In this document: one piece after another, positions 62,312 through 64,000 of the stretch | How the letters are laid out: each line of letters opens with the position of its first letter | How positions within the stretch are numbered: the stretch's first letter is position 1 | Assembly (NCBI RefSeq): GCF_035594765.1 | Contig: NC_085843.1 | Location: 125,465,971 to 125,529,970 of the forward strand | Source of the DNA: Anolis carolinensis | Lineage: Eukaryota | DNA: 64,000 bases | Direction of reading: 5' to 3' | The notes under the pieces: generated by a model | Database searches by the model: none | Seen by the model: only the letters and a program-made list of their open reading frames with translations | What the model was told of the DNA's origin: nothing | Translations under genes and position numbers: made by a program

Positions 62312-64000
62312 CTAGCTGTGCCCGGCCACGTGTTGCTGTGGCGAAGTATGGTGGTATGGGAAATAAAGTATTGAGAAATTGGTGGTAGTTAAGGTAAAGG
62401 GTAAAGGTTTTCCCCAGACATTAAGTCCAGTCGTGTCTTACTCTGGAGGTTGGTGCTCATCTCCATTTCTAAGCCGAAGGGCCGGCGTTGTCCGTAGACT
62501 CCTCCAAGGTCATGTGGGATGACTGCATGGAGCGGCGTTACCTTCCCGCCGGAGCAGTACCTATTGATGCACTCACATTTTCATGTTTTCGAACTTCTGG
62601 GTTGGCAGAAGCTGGGGCTAACAGTGGGGGCTCTCTCCGCTCCCCCAATTCAAACCTGTGGCCTTTCGGTCCAGAAGTTCAGCAGCTCAACGCTTTAACA
62701 TGCTGCGCCATCAGGGGATATTATTTCCTAAAGGTTGTGAATATACAATATTTCGGATTGTTTTTTTTTTTTTGTCTGTTGGAGGCAAGTATGAATGCTG
62801 CAATTAGGAAAAATGATTAGGATGTAATGGCCTTGCAGCTTTAAAGCCTGGCTGTTTCTTCCCTGAGTGAATTTTTTGTTGGGAGGTGTTAGCTGGCCCT
62901 GATTGTTTCCTGTCTGGAATTCCCTTGTTTTCAGAGTGGTGTTGTTTGCGATATTTTATCTGCTTCTACTGTCTGTGGCCCTGAGAAAACAGGATTTGCC
63001 AGACTTTGATGATGGGAATACTTTGTTGGGAGGTGTTAGCTGGCCCTGATTGTTTCCTGTGTGGAATTCCCCTGTTTATTTACTGTCCTGGTTTTAGAGA
63101 TTATATTGTTCTGCATTATTCTATCCCAGTAATTATTTCATATTAAAGAAGAATCTCACTTATCCAACATTCGCTTATACAATGTTCTGGATTATCCAAC
63201 GCAGTCTGCCTTTTCATAATCAATGTTTTTATAGTCAGTGTTTTAAATTCATTGTGATATTTTAGTGGTAAATTTGTAAATACAGTACAGTAGAGTCTCA
63301 CTTATCCAACATAAACGGGCCGGCAGAACGTTGGATAAGCGAATATGTTGGATAATGAGGAATTAAGGATAACCCTATTAAACATCAAATTAAGTTATGA
63401 TTTTACAAATTAAGCACCAAAGCATAATGTTAGACAAAAAATTTGTCAGAAAAAGTAGTTCAGTACACAGTAATGCTATGTAGTAATTACTGTATTTATG
63501 AATTTAGCACCAAAATATCACGATATATTGAAAGCATTGACTACAAAAATGTGTTGGATAATCCAGAACATTGGATAAGCGAGTGTTGGATAAGTGAGAC
63601 TCTACTGTAAATGCTACATAGCATTACTGCGCATGGAACTACTTTTTCTGTCAAATTTGTTGTATAATATGATGTTTTGGTGCTTAATTTGTATAACGAT
63701 TACCTAATTTGATGTTTAATTGGCTTTTCCTGAAAATCTTCTTATTATCCAACATATTCACTTATCCTGCCGGCCTGTTTACTTTGGATAAGTGAGACTC
63801 TACTGTATATTTCTAATTTTATATTATCTGCTCAGAACTGGATTATATGAGGCTCCTTCTTCACAGCTGTATAAAATGCACACTGAAGTGGATTATATGG
63901 TAGTGTGGAGTCAAGATAATCCAGTGCAAAGCAGATAATATAAGATTATAAATGGGTTATATAGCTGTGTTGAAGGGCCTTGAGTCTACACTGCCATATA
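62312..64000 (-). mobile_element. Composite non-autonomous Helitron, copy 2 (5' ~320 bp lies beyond the window)
   Basis: a|CTAG plus hairpin at 62312-62342. The reverse complement is colinear with 1956-3645 across all modules. Confidence 0.92.

Overview
Vertebrate nuclear DNA, most likely a lizard of the Anolis type, judged from its repeat complement (Sauria SINE, Anolis SINE2-like and 5S-headed SINEs, CR1 with an (ATTCTATG)n tail). It is AT-rich, mostly intronic or intergenic, and has one 173-N assembly gap (44370-44542). Two protein genes are supported and lie tail-to-tail. GGACT (gamma-glutamylamine cyclotransferase) is one coding exon on + at 17111-17584. The last three coding exons of PCCA (propionyl-CoA carboxylase alpha, biotin-carrier domain) are on - at 35118-35258, 21459-21536 and 19340-19408; the ORF track misses them, and I found them from splice sites and translation. 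Everything right of 35258 appears to be one large PCCA intron. The most striking structure is a ~2-kb composite non-autonomous Helitron (1635-3645, with a second inverted copy from 62312 to the window end). It carries two self-nested MITE pairs, a Penelope-like segment and a full Sauria SINE as fixed cargo. The window also holds many Tc1/mariner, hAT, Harbinger and Chapaev-like MITEs, an internally deleted hAT transposase, L2/CR1/RTE fragments, a perfect 23-bp hairpin and several transposon-free, motif-dense blocks that look like developmental enhancers. I found no evidence for a new protein-coding system; nearly all short ORFs in the track are spurious or repeat-derived. Family names come from recognition by eye, not database searches.
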